Source: Raillietiella orientalis (taxonomy: Eukaryota). From it: 64,000 bases of DNA. The notes under the pieces are model-generated. The model was not told where the DNA came from. It saw only the letters and a program-made list of their open reading frames with translations, and ran no database searches. A program made the translations under genes and the position numbers. The stretch covers positions 3,286,001 through 3,350,000 of the forward strand of contig JAYWIR010000006.1 in assembly GCA_036172245.1 (NCBI GenBank). Reading direction: 5' to 3'. Shown one piece after another: positions 36,501 through 49,234 of this stretch. Every line of letters begins with the position of its first letter. The stretch's first letter is position 1.

Positions 36501-39500
36501 CAGGGGCGAGAGAGGTAATTGTGTGACGGGAGACTTTATTACACCCGGTTTATCGCTGGAGCCGTCCCACACGCAGCAGCATGCCGCAGGAGCGTTGGAA
36601 ATATATGGTACCTGGAGCGATTAATTTGAAATGGTACCTGTCAAACGGATAAGGTTCTTTTCCTCTTTCAAAGCTTGTAGCTGCTGTCGAGGAGGTCCGT
36701 TTTCCCGAGCCCCAAATTGAGCTCGCCGAGGATCGGGAGAAGATTCCAACTGAGTGGGCGAACTTTTGTCATTCAGCTGCCACCGGAGAAGGCAGCTGCC
36801 ATGTGGAACTGCTACTGGGAAAACGTGGCACTCATTGCCGAGTTCGCGGTACCTTGGTGAGGACCGCGCTCCCCGGTGACCGAAGGAACTTCAGCGCAGC
36901 ATGGCGGAATCGCCTACGAAGAAGGAAGACGCAGAGAGTTGGATTTGTCCGAGTTCCGTTTCTCAGGCTTCCCCACGTTTCATGGTTTCCTTGGATTGCA
37001 GACCAATCTATCGCACCGGATTATCGGATGGGCAACTGCGTTTGAGATTCTGAACGGCGCGGTCATTAGTCATCAGTAGCGGTCTTCTGTCCATTCCATG
37101 GCTTCAGCTGCTTCCGATCTGCAGCTTGACTTGCACTTGCCACTGCCTAACCACGAACTTTTCCTGTCGAAATCCAGCAGCGTCTGCAGACAGATTCAAG
37201 CACGAGGATCAACCGGAAAGAATTTTCCACCGCACTCGTCAGGTGGACTGGAAATTTTGGAGCCATCTAAAAACACGTGCTCTCATGAAAAGTCAAGTGC
37301 TGATTCCGGGTTGCCAAGTGGACACCTGCCTGCAGAGAAGACACAAGTATCATATCCACATCTGCGGGGGTGTGCCACTTCAGCGTACTTCTATGAATGC
37401 TATCGATGGCAGCTTGGTAACTCCCAGGTGACCAAACTCGGTGCACCCATGGATGCTGCAGGAAGAATTTCAAAGCTCTTTCGCGGACTTTCTCGGTTTT
37501 TGTCAAATGGTATGCAACCAGATGAGACAGCAGAAAAGCTTCGTCCTTAATGCCAGCAGAAGGACCAAGAAGTAGCGTCCATGACCTTCAACTCCAGTTT
37601 CCTCGTTTGAAAATGCTTTACCAAGCTCATACGCAACCTGTGTGGTCTCAGCGTGTCTTCTTTTTCATCTTGACAGTCTGAAGCAATGATGTTTCGTGGG
37701 ACAGTGGACATAACTCGGCTTTGAAGATATCATTTTTATCCACAGTTGATGGAATCCGGCATTTCGGATGATTTTCAGCCACGTGGAATCTCGTGCTCAC
37801 TCTCCCCTCATCCCAGGGCGACAGAGGAAGGAAGTTCTCGTTCTTTTCATCACTTCTGGTACCTGCCGTCGCAAGTTGGCATTCGGATCCGAATTTTCTC
37901 ACATCAGCGCACCTAACGATTCACTTCCTCTTAGAAGAAGAATGCTGAGCTTCTCAAGCCAGCCAAATCTGCTAAACGGTTTTCTTGCACAGATGATTTA
38001 AAGTTCAAGCTGATGCTGAGGTTCAAGTAAATGCTAATTCCAAGGCAGCGTCTCGCGATGCACGAGAGTGACGCTGCAGCAGCCCGAATGATGCATGTCC
38101 ACGTGACCCTGACGTGAGCGGATATTTATGCAAGAGGCACAGATTGCTACTGGGAGCTATTGAAACGTTCTTCTCGTGGATATCCCATGGTTGCAACGGT
38201 CTGCGTTTTTGCGACCCAGTTGTCTTATTCAGCAGTGCCTTTTTCAATTGTAGAATAAAGCCGAATGTCCTTTCCTCTAATTATTGACTTCTAGATGCTC
38301 TCAATGGCCGCTTTCAGGAGAGCGCGGCACCTGGTATGTGCTCGAGGACAAAGGTGCCAATTCGTGTTCCTAAACATAGGAAGGAAGAGCAAAAAAAAAA
38401 AAAAATCATCATCAGTGCTTCGAAAACTGCTGCGGAATGCACAACTAAAGTGGGACAACTCGTCTGTCCTTAAATCAAACTGCGACGAGTTCGTCTCGAA
38501 AGACTGTTTTTTGCGAGAGCAGAGACTCCCCAGCTGCAGATGTTAATTCCTCGGCGTTACCCCGAAAATGCTGTTTAGGAATCCGGGAGGGAGAAAGGCG
38601 GATCTCGAAATCAGAGGTGTTGGGTATTTTTTTTCTATCTTGAAATTTCCATTTTCTTTTATTTTACTCTATTCTATTCCATTCCACTCCATTTTATTTG
38701 ATTTTTCTATTCTCCTTCATGCTGTTTTGTTGTATTTTATTCTATCCTACCCTACTCCTCCATTCCGTTTTACTTGTTTGCCCAGCGAAGGCGATTCGCT
38801 GAAGAGGTCCGCTCAGGGCCAGCTGCGAGTTCCGCTGACTTGGAGGAATCTCGTGGTCAAACCCGCCGATTCGCCAAAGAGCATGTTCGAAGGCACTCGA
38901 AGGCTCGAGTAGTTTGATAAACTCTCTGGGGAAGGAAGGTGCGGGATCATGAGCAGCAGTCACCTTGGCGACGGAATTGTTTCCGGGAGACCCGCGAAAC
39001 GAGAGAACCAGTTGAGGGACAAAACGGATCGCCTGTTCTTTCTTTCTTTCGCACAGACCAGGGACTGTTCAAGTATCCTAGTAGAGGAGCCGTTTGGCAC
39101 CAAGAAGGGATCTTTCATGTTTTCCAGGGCAGGAATGCTTTCGATGGTCTCAATGAGTCTCTATGCTGTGGGGAACGCACGAAGAAGAAGCGCGGGGAAA
39201 ATCACAGCGGTTTCTAGGTGTTCAAGAAACAGGAATCTATTCATGGAACAACATCGAAGACAGTCAGAGGGCGCCCATCAATTACAGCGAATCAACATCT
39301 GGAGCACAAATCCATGTTGAGGAGCAGTTGGTCCTTCTGATGCGCTGTCGAGGTTTCACGGCCGCGGAGTTCCATCTGCAGGCTCTTCAAGGGATGGTCA
39401 ACAGGTGTTCCTGTCTTTCGCGACCGGAAACGGTTCCAGTAAGTCTACGGCGACGTTCCTGCATCAGGAGCGAGGGACAGCTCAGTCTCCAGAATCAGCA

Positions 39501-41019
39501 GCTTCTCGCGGCGGAGTGAGAGTCCCCGAAAAGCGAGGTCAGGCAGCTGGAAAGTCGTCTTCGGATGGCCAGGAGATCGGCCTGGAGTTGAGGGAGATAC
39601 ATGAAGCGCGAGGGTCATGATGGCGGTTTCGCCGGTGGTCGTCATTCGTCGCGACAAACCGAGGCGTCCAGGTGTGTGTGTTGGGGGGGTGATCTTTTCG
39701 AGCCCACCAGCAGAGAACCAGAAGCGGCCACGGGCAAGGAACTACATCCAGAAACTTCGAGAGGGAAGTTGCGGCGCAAAAAGACAACCTCCAGATGGTA
39801 ATGCCATCGCGCGTGCACGGAGTCTCCGGAGTCTGTGAAAACCCGTTTCGCTCACTACAAAATAGAAGGGGTGGCGAAGGGCAGCGGTGGGAGGTGAGGG
39901 TGGAATGTGTGAAGGCTCGAAAGCATCAGCAGCTTCCCGGCTGCTGGATCGAAGCGATTTCGTTCCGGTAGGTGCGCTAAGAAGCGGATGGGAGAATGTG
40001 GGAGGCTTCCGCCTGCAGGACCGTGCGATCAAAGTCTGTGGTCACCAAGGCTCCGCAAAGTTCCACAAGCGAGAGCCGCCCTGTTTCGTCACGGGGGGCG
40101 ACTACGACGACCACGGGCGAAACCTCCCTCGTTTGCTGAGTGAAGTTCCCTGCCTGCGGCAGCTTCTGGTTCCCTGATGATGGGCACGAAAGGATCAACC
40201 AGTTTGGGTGCTCTGGTTGATCCTGTCCCGACGCCCGCCAAGGTGGGGTGAGTGTTCCAGAGCCCGCGAGAGGCAGGATCTCCCTCTGCATCCCCCACAC
40301 ACCTCGAGAGCGCCCTTTACGGGAGTTTCTAACACCCTGGCTGGCGTGGAGTGGAGTTGGCTGCATTTGCATGTCTTCTTCCGATCACCACCTGCTAACG
40401 GGAGCAAGAACTCAGTCTCTGGACCAGAGAAGCAACAACAACAGAAAAGAAAAAAGGACCGAGAAAAGAAGTGCGAATTTTTGGGAAGCATCCCGAAGAG
40501 ACGGAGGGGCACATCCGTCTCCGCCCATCGGAAAAGCCCGCGGATTCGTCCACGTGCCAGTTCGCCGCCGCGCCCCTTTGCTCGGGAAGGTCCCCTGCTG
40601 GCAGTGGATATGTCAGGGGGCCCTGTCTGGCTAGGCTTTCCACCTCGGGCGCACCTGGAATCACGCACCGGTCTGCGGCGCGCCGTCCGGAAGCTCCGAG
40701 CTCTGGGGAAGTGGTAGAGGCCGCCTCTAGGCTCCACGGCGGGTGTCCCGCGTGCCGTGGAGGTCGTTTCTGCGTTGCCCGGGATCCCACAGCTCGGAGC
40801 CCCTGGAGCGAAGGCCAGTGGCCCTGGCTGCCGCTTGTTTTCTCATGCCGGCGGAGTGCCGGCCACGCGGGGCAACGTCGGACAGGGAGGGAGGGAGATG
40901 GGATAGTGCATTTTCGTATAGTCGTCCCCCAGGGAGTTCCTTGCAATCCTTGAACGTGCGCAGACGGTGGTAGGACTGTCGCTGCTGCGAAGTCGGCCGA
41001 TCGAAGAGCCTGCCGAGGA

Positions 41020-42620
41020 TTTTCACCCGGTCACACCGGAGTGTTTACTGTAAAAAATAAGAAACATACCAAAAAAAACAGTCGATAAATATAAAAATGG
41101 AATAAAAACAAAACATAAAAAGAAATCTTCCTTCGCGGTGGTGGCTCCACAGCACCACTACGAAGGGAAACGCTGCGTCGGAAGTGCCGTTTCTGCGAGT
41201 AGCTTGACCGGTGGGACCCGCGCAGAAGAGGTGGGAGAAGGGGGGTAAACAAAAAGGGGGGAGGAGAACATACACACACGAAGGTCCAGTCTAAAACGAG
41301 TTGGGGAGGGAAGGGGAGGGATCGCAGATTTCTTCCTCTCGTCCTCAGCACCCTCTGGAGGACGTCGGCAACTTCCTCCTTTTTTTTTTTTCCTAAACTT
41401 CCTAGAAAAAAAAAAAAAAAACTTCCTCCTTTTGCTGGAAGATATGGGGCCATCATGTCGCCCTTCCCACGAAGGAACAGACGATTGGGGTGATCTCGCC
41501 GTCCGACCGGCCCCTTCGTTCGGGGCGGCTGCTCGCCGCCGCCATTTCGCGACTCAGCAAGGCCACGCTGCCATCGCCCATTGGGAGTAAGGAAAGCTGC
41601 AGCGACGTGCCCTCTGACCCTCACGAGGGCAACCGTGAAATCCAGCAACAGGAGCGGGCAGGTTTTCCCGTTCTCTGCACCTGGAACAGCCCATGGTCTC
41701 ACTCCCCTTTGTCCACTGTCAAATTCGCGCGTTGCATGGGGTCCCCAGGGCAACAAATACAGCATCGAGTCCCGCCACTTCAGTAGAAGGGCGCGGAGTC
41801 ATCCACGAACACCAGGGGCGTCTCAAATCCTTCTAAGCGACTTTCCAGGAGCCCCGTACAGCGAGGAATCCCTTTGGGACGGGCAGCGGTGGTGCATGCG
41901 TCAGCCAGTCGACTCGCCATCCAGTATCCCAGCTGTTTCTTCTCTACCGTGATCTTGAAGGATACCTCCCATTTCTCACGCCCATCGCTGTGTCCACTTT
42001 GTCGCATGTTGTCCGGTGTGGCTGCAAGCGGGATGCTCCTCCTGATCCAGATGGCCATCTTTATTGGTTAGTCCGTGATTTCCTGCAGGGAATAGCAGGA
42101 ACCGCGATGGTTCCGGGAACGTGCCGTTCTTTCCTCCCATGCCCTAACCGTTTCCTGTCCCAGGCGCTACAGCTGACGGGGAGACAGGAAATCCGCCTGT
42201 TCTCCTGGACCAAGGCGGCCATCTTCCAGTTAGTACCCCCAACGCGGCTTCTCTCGGGCGGCTGAGCAAGAGGAACCCACCGAACCCCTCGGCGCCGGCT
42301 GCTCGCTTGGCCAGAGGTCTGCCTGGGGTGCACTGATGGGCAGTCCAGAACTTCGCCACTAGGGCCATTCTTCGGACCTGAATTGGACGCTCCCTCCTGC
42401 CCAGCGTCGGGACGCCGAGTTCGGCGTCCTGATGCGGGGTGCACGAGTCCTTCAAGCGGACCCGAAACCTCAGCGTTCCCCAGAAGGCTTTTCGTAGGAA
42501 GCCGCGGTTCGCTTTTTCGCATCTCCGGACGATGGGCAAATAAAAAGCAGGAGCTGGAGGGCAGGGAGCCACGAAATGCCGAGAGGGCAGTGCGCAAACG
42601 GGAGAGGGCCTCCTCAGTAG
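41020..42620 (-). mobile_element. 5'-truncated, decayed L1/Tx1-type LINE fragment
   Basis: FLRKAFWGTLRFRVRLKDSCTPHQDAELG aligns with LLRIALWGNGRARVRLKDLCAPHRDGGLG of the 55.5-kb element. Shares its 3' UTR with the 49.3-kb copy. Terminal hairpin at 41020..41049. Confidence 0.75.
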
Positions 42621-43959
42621 CAGAGGGGAGGGGGGCAGACAAAAAAGGAAATAAAATAGAGGAAACTCTGGAAAAGTTCGCCTGCTTCGGGACATCCTCT
42701 GTGTCCGTCCATGGTGCCGGCAAGTTTGGGCTACGCAATTTCCAGATGGGACCACCTCGATGCCACCCTGAAAAAGAGGGTCTCAAGGTGTGTGACGTCC
42801 TAGTCACCCGGCCCCTCTCGGGGTTGCCTGGGGCACAGTCTCGCGGAGGCAGCAACGCGCTTCTGGAGATAAGGCAGGACACTGCGCAAGAAGAGGCGCC
42901 TCTGGGGTTGCCTCCGGGGGCTCGCAGGGTGGCGGCAGAAGGTCCACATGGAGGCCGGAGAGTGTTGCACGGGTGGCCCCAGCGAAACAGTAGGATTGCC
43001 ACCTCCTCCCATTCGAGAAGAGGGAGGGCACGGCTGCTTAGCAGCTCCGGGGGCCACTCGAGTTTTTCCCGGGGGAATTCTGAGCAGCTCACCCAAGCGC
43101 AAAAGTCCTTTAGGGAAGGGGGGAACTTCGGGTCTTGGCATCAGTCAGCTGGCCCGTGGTCCAACCGCTTTCCTCCCGGAGTTCATCTCCTGCGAGGTGA
43201 CTTCACCTTGCCGGAGGTCTGCCGCCACGACCCCCTCAGGGAGAGCAGCGCTACCGCACGGGAGGTTCGCTCTGCCTGCGCTCCCCTTCTGGGATGGACG
43301 AGAACCTCTCAGAACGAGCAGCCCGTTGCACGGTGAGCAACGCGAGCGCCGTGGTGATCCCGGCTCCCGGATCTTCGCCCGTGTGCGAGCCAGGTGCTTC
43401 TGTTCACGGGGCCATAGGACATCGAATCGCTCCCCCCTCGTCAGCACAGTGACCCGCCGTCGACCCGAGACCACAGTGGCACACGCCACGTCGGCGCCTC
43501 GTGAGGGAAGGAGAGACGCGCAGGTACACGCCCCGAAGGTCACTCCAGTCCATTCGCTGCTCCGCGCTGCCGCCGCGTTTATCCGTAGCGTCGAGAAGCG
43601 CTCTGCGAAGGGACGCCTCGCGGCCGCGAAAGAAGCGCTTCCTCTTGGAGAACCGGGACGCTGCCCAGAGGAGCAGTTGGGAGGTTCGCTCCTTCGTGTC
43701 GCACCGTGACGACGTGGGGTCATCTCGGCGGCGAATTAATCATCGGGGCGAACACCATCCTCTCTGGGAATGGAAAACTGGAGAAGAAAATAAATTATGC
43801 AGAATAGATTAGGATAGGTAGGAAGTGAATGGGATGAGTTGACCCCACCGTACGGAATGTGACACCCGAGACAGAGGGAAAACACTGCGTCCACCGGGGT
43901 GTGGGGTCAGCCTGCCCGTGACGCTCCTCAGGTTCACTCGCGTCCCACTTCCCAAATGG

Positions 43960-44270
43960 GACCGCTTTCCTTCACCCTCCTCATGAAGGCGGTGGCAGAT
44001 TGGGGGGGCGGGTCCTCCTGGGATGACGGCCGCGCCTTTCGTGAGTCACGGCGGTCAGTCCTCGCGGCTCTCACGTGGCAGAGAATCACCTGTCAGGAGG
44101 CAATCCCTTTAACGAGGGGTGGACGCCCCTTTAAGGACATCCCGAGCAGCATTACGCGCCACTTCCCGCAGTGGTGGCACGCGCTCTTCTCTTGGGGGAA
44201 ACCGCAGCCAAAATGGCGACCTGCCGGCAGCGTAGAGGAAGGACGGAAGGTGTCAGCCGGGATAGTCGGG
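43960..44270 (+). pseudogene. Decayed ORF1-like remnant
   Basis: KDIPSSIT...GKPQPK, then frameshifted TCRQR...EGRKVSA, resembling IPS...GQPK-TCxxC...GH. Confidence 0.33.
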
Positions 44271-45067
44271 GAATCGGAAACCCTCCGCGGGAAATTCTGG
44301 GAGACTCGGTTCACTCTCGCAAGCACCCCGAGGGGGGAAATTCTGGGCGTGTCCTCGATCGCCAGCCGTGGGATGAGCCCTCAGTTGGAGCGACGTACAG
44401 CTCCTGCCGTCCGGTAGGCGCGGCACCCCCCTCCCACGCGACGCGAGTGTCGTCACTTCCTCCAGAGAGGGCATGGTCGAGGAGTTGAAGTCAAACGGAA
44501 GTGGAGAGAGGAGCATCCAGCATCCAGGCGTCAGCATCTTTGATGGAGAGTGTAACTCTCGGCACTTCGCCTTTCCGCAAGCGTTCGGGAATGCTTGGTT
44601 CGCCGCAGGAAAGCTTCAAAGCCACGTAGGAGCAGGTTCTGTTGATCTCAGCGGCTGCTATCAGTGGAAACCTTCCCCCACGAGGTTGAGGAGGTGCCGG
44701 CCTAAGTGCAAGCTGCAGAGGCGGCCGACCCGAGATATAAAAGCTGCTGCTTTCTCACGGAGGGGTGTTCCGCTGACGTCCCTCGATTCCACATGTTCCG
44801 CTCGAGCGCCTCCGTGCACCGTGACCCCTACCGATGTGGAAAAGAATGGGACGGAATAAAAAGGGGAGCAGGAAGAGTTTGCAAGAGGATAGAAATCCTT
44901 AGCATCCTCAGCTGAAGAGTGAATAAAGAAGCGAGATCCATGGGATGCGACTTGATGATCTGCGGCGATGAAGACTCTCTTTTTGTGGAGCTCCCATTTT
45001 CCCTCGAAGTAATGCAATTCGGGTGAAACTGGGGGAAGGGGGAAGGGAGGAAGAAAGAGGCAGACCC

Positions 45068-45600
45068 TCCCCGCGTTCGCAGTCCGTGCGGCTGCGATCT
45101 CCCCGCACGTGACACCGAGCATGGCAGGTTCGAATCCTGCCCGGAGAGGGAAGGATCAACGTCGAGAACGGGGGACGCGTCGTGGGTTTCAAGATCATCC
45201 CCCTCCCCGCTAGATCACGCTGGTTGGCCCATATTATGGTGCAGTGGCACCGGTGAAAGCCGGATGGCCAGAATGGCCAGGATTGAAAGTTGACCCTCCG
45301 GGTCCCTCTGGGACATCAAGGGAACCTTAGGAGTTGCCCCTCCGGTTGTGAAAAGGGAGTCATCCCACCCACTCACCCCTCGGGGGACTCTTCATCGCAT
45401 ACCATGGAACTGGTTGATACTCCCCCTCGAGGGTTGCCTCTCGGGGGTTTCAGAAGCAAGCTGCTCCCTTCAGAGAAGCTGGGAAGCGTTCCTTCGGGGT
45501 TCTCTCCAGAGGATGAACAAGGAGTGGATTCTTTCCGTGTTCCTTTCGAAGAAGGAACGAGGGATGGCTCCCCCCAGGAGGATCCATCCGTAGAGAATGA
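45068..45600 (+). mobile_element. tRNA-headed SINE-like repeat, copy D
   Basis: Perfect T-arm hairpin GGCAGG-TTCGAAT-CCTGCC at 45123..45141, then cgtgggtttc, cgctggttggcccata, gttgaccctccg and ccttcggggttctct units. Confidence 0.7.
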
Positions 45601-46016
45601 GAAAGAGGTTCTCTTCGGGGTTGTCTACTCACTATCTTTTTTGGCGTTCCTATCCTGCACGCGCCCCGAGCCGCTGGAACCTACTGGTCTATTGGCCACT
45701 GGCAGGCACGAGCGATCGGACAGCTCGGTTTCCGGGAATTCGCGTTCCACCATGCAAGGACACGCTGACGAGCCGCGAAAGTCACTCACTGATCGCTCTG
45801 TGGTGTACCGGAAGAACGCTTTCGTTCCGCGATGCAGTGAGAGCCGGGTGTTCCGCGTGGCGCCGTGACCTCTCCGCCGTCTCCCTGCGAACGGACCAGT
45901 GCAGGTTTTTGCACGGGCACGAAGCGGGAAGCTGCCCCGCGGGCCCGCCGCCGAAACCGCCGCGTCCGCTCCATCGGGCTTTCGCTGCGGCGCGATGCTC
46001 TCAAAGATCGGCTGGA

Positions 46017-47560
46017 CACCCGGTTGCTCCGGGGCATCTATGTATACAAGATAAACATAGATGTCGGTGGCGGGACTCCTGGTCCTGTCACAAGTGCAAC
46101 AATGGGAACCTGCAGGGAACCGCCGCTCAGGCCGAAGAGGTCCGTCTCGGCAGCGGGGGGGGGGGGATGGGGGGGAAAGAAAATATATACAAAAGAAATT
46201 GGGGGGGGGGGGGTTAGGGAAGGGATTACTGTATACTGGAAGGCGTCCTCTGCACCCTTTGCAGGATGCCGGCAAGTTCCGGTTTACAATCCGCAGATGG
46301 CGCCCTCTTGACGCTATCCTCAAGAAGGGACGGCAAAGTAGATGGCGTCTATTTCGTCGTGGCCTCCTTTGGCGTTGCTCCACACGGCCACGATCCTGCA
46401 TGGGCGGCAAAGTGCCGCTGGGATGCAGTCGACGCGTAACTCCAATGCGAAGGTCGGCTGATTACTTCGCAAATCCCCGTCATCGCGGCAGCGGACCTGT
46501 CGGTCGGAGGAACCGATCGGCTGCAGCAACGCTTGAAACACGTGGGGCATGCCAACGAAGGCAGCTGGCATCCCTGCCTGGCCTAAGTGCAACGCGAAGA
46601 GCCGGGGAGGGAGAGGGGAAGCAGCTGCCACCCTCACTCTGGATGCAACCGAATTAGATCCCCCCCCGGAGGGCAGGGTTGCCAACCCTCGCTGCAAGCA
46701 AGCGCGAGTCCGTTTGCTAGACTGGCAGGCACGAGCGGGGAATTCTCCACCACGGGCGGGGCAAGCTCTGTAGTCCGGCCGATAGACGCGCGCGTGCGCG
46801 GCGTGAGAGCAGCAGCAGCAGCACAGAGAGAGCACACGTGGCAGTCCCTGTGGGAAAGGCGCCACAGTTTCAGGATAGGGTTCAGTGCGTGGGTGTGAGC
46901 ACCACGCATCACTTTTCTCCCTTACAAACGGAGAGTCCCTGAGGTACCGGCTACTGCAAATTGGTCCACGCGGCTCGGCCGAATCTCCTCCCGGGATCAG
47001 GGCTGCGGCGGCCGGGAGAAAGGAAGTGGTGCTGCCGGGTACGGGACGAGACGCCACCTCGCTCCGCTGCACGAGGTCCCCATGTTCGCCCGTCCACTGC
47101 GCTATGTGGCGCGGTCCTAGAAAGGATGAGGAACTCCACGGCGGATGCAACTGGGAAACGACTTAGGGTCCCTAGAGAGCAGCGGGGGAGGACGAGGCCG
47201 GCGAATGGAGACCTCACGCATCCGACACCCTGGGGATATCTATGCGACACGCAGCTCAGGAAGAATAGCAGAACAGGCCGAGGCCCCATTCGCAGCCGGA
47301 GGAACACAGAGAGCTGCTCCCGCGCGGCAGGTCCGAACCGGAGAGCGGGATGCCGAAAAGGCAGTACAGGAAGAGGGGCAACCAGGGTACCCAAATAGGC
47401 AGCTGAGGAAATCCGGGAAGATATGAAGAGCCACTCCCCTCAATGCATTGTTGAATTGCATTGGTTGAACATTAGAAACAAGCGTTCCTCCACCGGCAGA
47501 TGGACGCCCAAATCCGTCCGAAGACGCAAGCCAGGGGCGGCCTCCGTGAACGTCATCTCA
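46017..47560 (-). mobile_element. 5'-truncated, decayed L1/Tx1-type LINE fragment
   Basis: DLGVHLP (YLGV-like), CRIVAVWSNAKGGHDEIDAIYFAV and RNLPASCKGCRG match the C-terminus of the 55.5-kb element. Terminal hairpin at 46017..46042. Confidence 0.7.
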
Positions 47561-48525
47561 ATACTGCAACGCGGACTCCGAAAACAGAGGAGGGCGCAGC
47601 GAGCTGTTTCCAGAAGGAAGGGGAAGGGGGGGAGAAGGGGAGGGGGAAGAACAAGAAATAAAGTCATTCCGACTTGCATCGAGACGATACGACGCAGCTT
47701 CGACGTCGCGAATCCATCCGGTTCCTCGAGGAAGAATGGCACCGGTCCGCGGACAGCACCCACCCTTTGCTTCGACCTCGGAAGCTGCACACACCCCTTC
47801 TGAGTCTCCTCGCGTGCCGACGATCCTTCGGCGGAGCGACAGAGGTCTTGGACATGACGGGCCGGTTTTCAGCGAGTTCCTCGACCGGTCGGTCGGTGAA
47901 CCGATTGAGGAAGAGGGAACTTCTTTCCTCAACAGGATGATGGTTCCTTTATTTTTGGGGAGGGTCCTCCATGTGCTTAAGAACAGTTCGCCTGCGGGCC
48001 TACGAAGCTCTTTGACGCTGTCCACTCAGCCCGAAGATGCACGTGATTCTTCGAGTTCTAGGGCATGACCCCGGGAAGGGACCACCAGGAAGGCCCTAGA
48101 GAAAGGGATCCGTTCCTCTCACGCTTGGTAGGAAACCCCCTAAGGGAACCCTCCACCCTGGTTATCTGCGAAGGAAACCTCGAAGGGAAAAACATTTTGT
48201 CCCCTCCGGAAGGACTCCCCAAAAAGAATCCGCTCCCTGTTTCCCCCTCGGAAGAGAACCCCGAAGGGACGCTTCACAGTTTTCCCTGAAGGGCGCTCCT
48301 CGAAGGGAGCGTCACGCTTCTTTGCACTCTGGAGAGGCATCATCGACTTACCAGCTACGTGGTACGAGGTGGAGGGTTCCCCCTACAGAGGAAAGAACGA
48401 CTCCATTTTCCCTACCAGAGGGAAACCCCGAAGGGAGCCGACCCCTTGGTTCTGTTTCCTGGAAGGATCCCGGAGAGTCGACTCCCAATCCCGACCACTC
48501 GTCGGAAGGCATCCGGTTTTTACCA

Positions 48526-49150
48526 GATTCTACCAGGGTACTCCCGAGGAAGACCTGTAGTGTCCCCCGGTGCTCATGAACTCCCTCACCGTTCCCTCAA
48601 AGTTGCAGGAGTGGGCATTGATGCTGCTGCCCTAGAGTCTCCCGTGCAACTCCCGCCGGCATCACTGGACATGGGGTGTGTGTGGATCCAAACTGTGCCA
48701 GGTGCGGGGAGCGGGAATCCTTTCCGCACCTCCTAGTGGATTGTGTTGCCCTCCAGACCCTTTGGGGACTCTTTACCACGACCCTTGGAGCTCCCGGAGG
48801 CAACGCCAGAGATGTTTAAAAGCACCTCTTTCTGTGCGACGCCCTCACGCCGGCCGCATCCCATCACTTTGCTGCCCACGCGGCGGGAGCATGGCTGCAT
48901 GGAGCAGCGCCAGAGTAGGCGAGAATGGCTCCATCTGAGGACCATCTATTTTGCTGTCCTCTTCACAAGGACAGCGTCAAAATGGCCCCATCTGGGAACC
49001 ATAAAACGGGAACTTGCCGGTATCCTTACAAGGATGCAAGGGACGCCCTCCAGCATACAGTGATCCCTTCCCGAACACCACCCTCTTCCTTTTTTTTTAA
49101 TGTATGTTTTTTGTTTTATTTTTTTTCTTTTTGTTGGTCTCCCCTACCCC
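48526..49150 (+). mobile_element. Short L1/Tx1-type LINE 3' fragment inserted into SINE copy E
   Basis: cccccggtgctcatgaac...catcactggacatgggg...cagtgatcccttccc closely parallels 58563..59070. Confidence 0.75.
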
Positions 49151-49234
49151 TGTGCACCCGAATGGAGACCAACCAGCGTCATCTTGCGGGGAGAGTCCGA
49201 ACCCACCACGCATCCCCATTTCTCTGGCGTCGTC

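Noticed and set aside
40174..40230. Hammerhead ribozyme (CTGATGA...GAAA plus long stem)
   Set aside because: No stem II closing pair, the cleavage position is G (it must be A, C or U), and there is no stem I complementarity.
42383..43709. Long GC-rich ORFs such as 42383..43336 and 42948..43709 as genes
   Set aside because: They are overlapping Arg/Pro/Gly/Ser-rich frames without motifs, partly antisense to a LINE remnant, and are expected by chance at high GC.
45068..45150. Functional tRNA gene
   Set aside because: The T-arm is perfect, but I could not fold a proper anticodon arm or acceptor stem, and the segment is the head of a diverged dispersed repeat.
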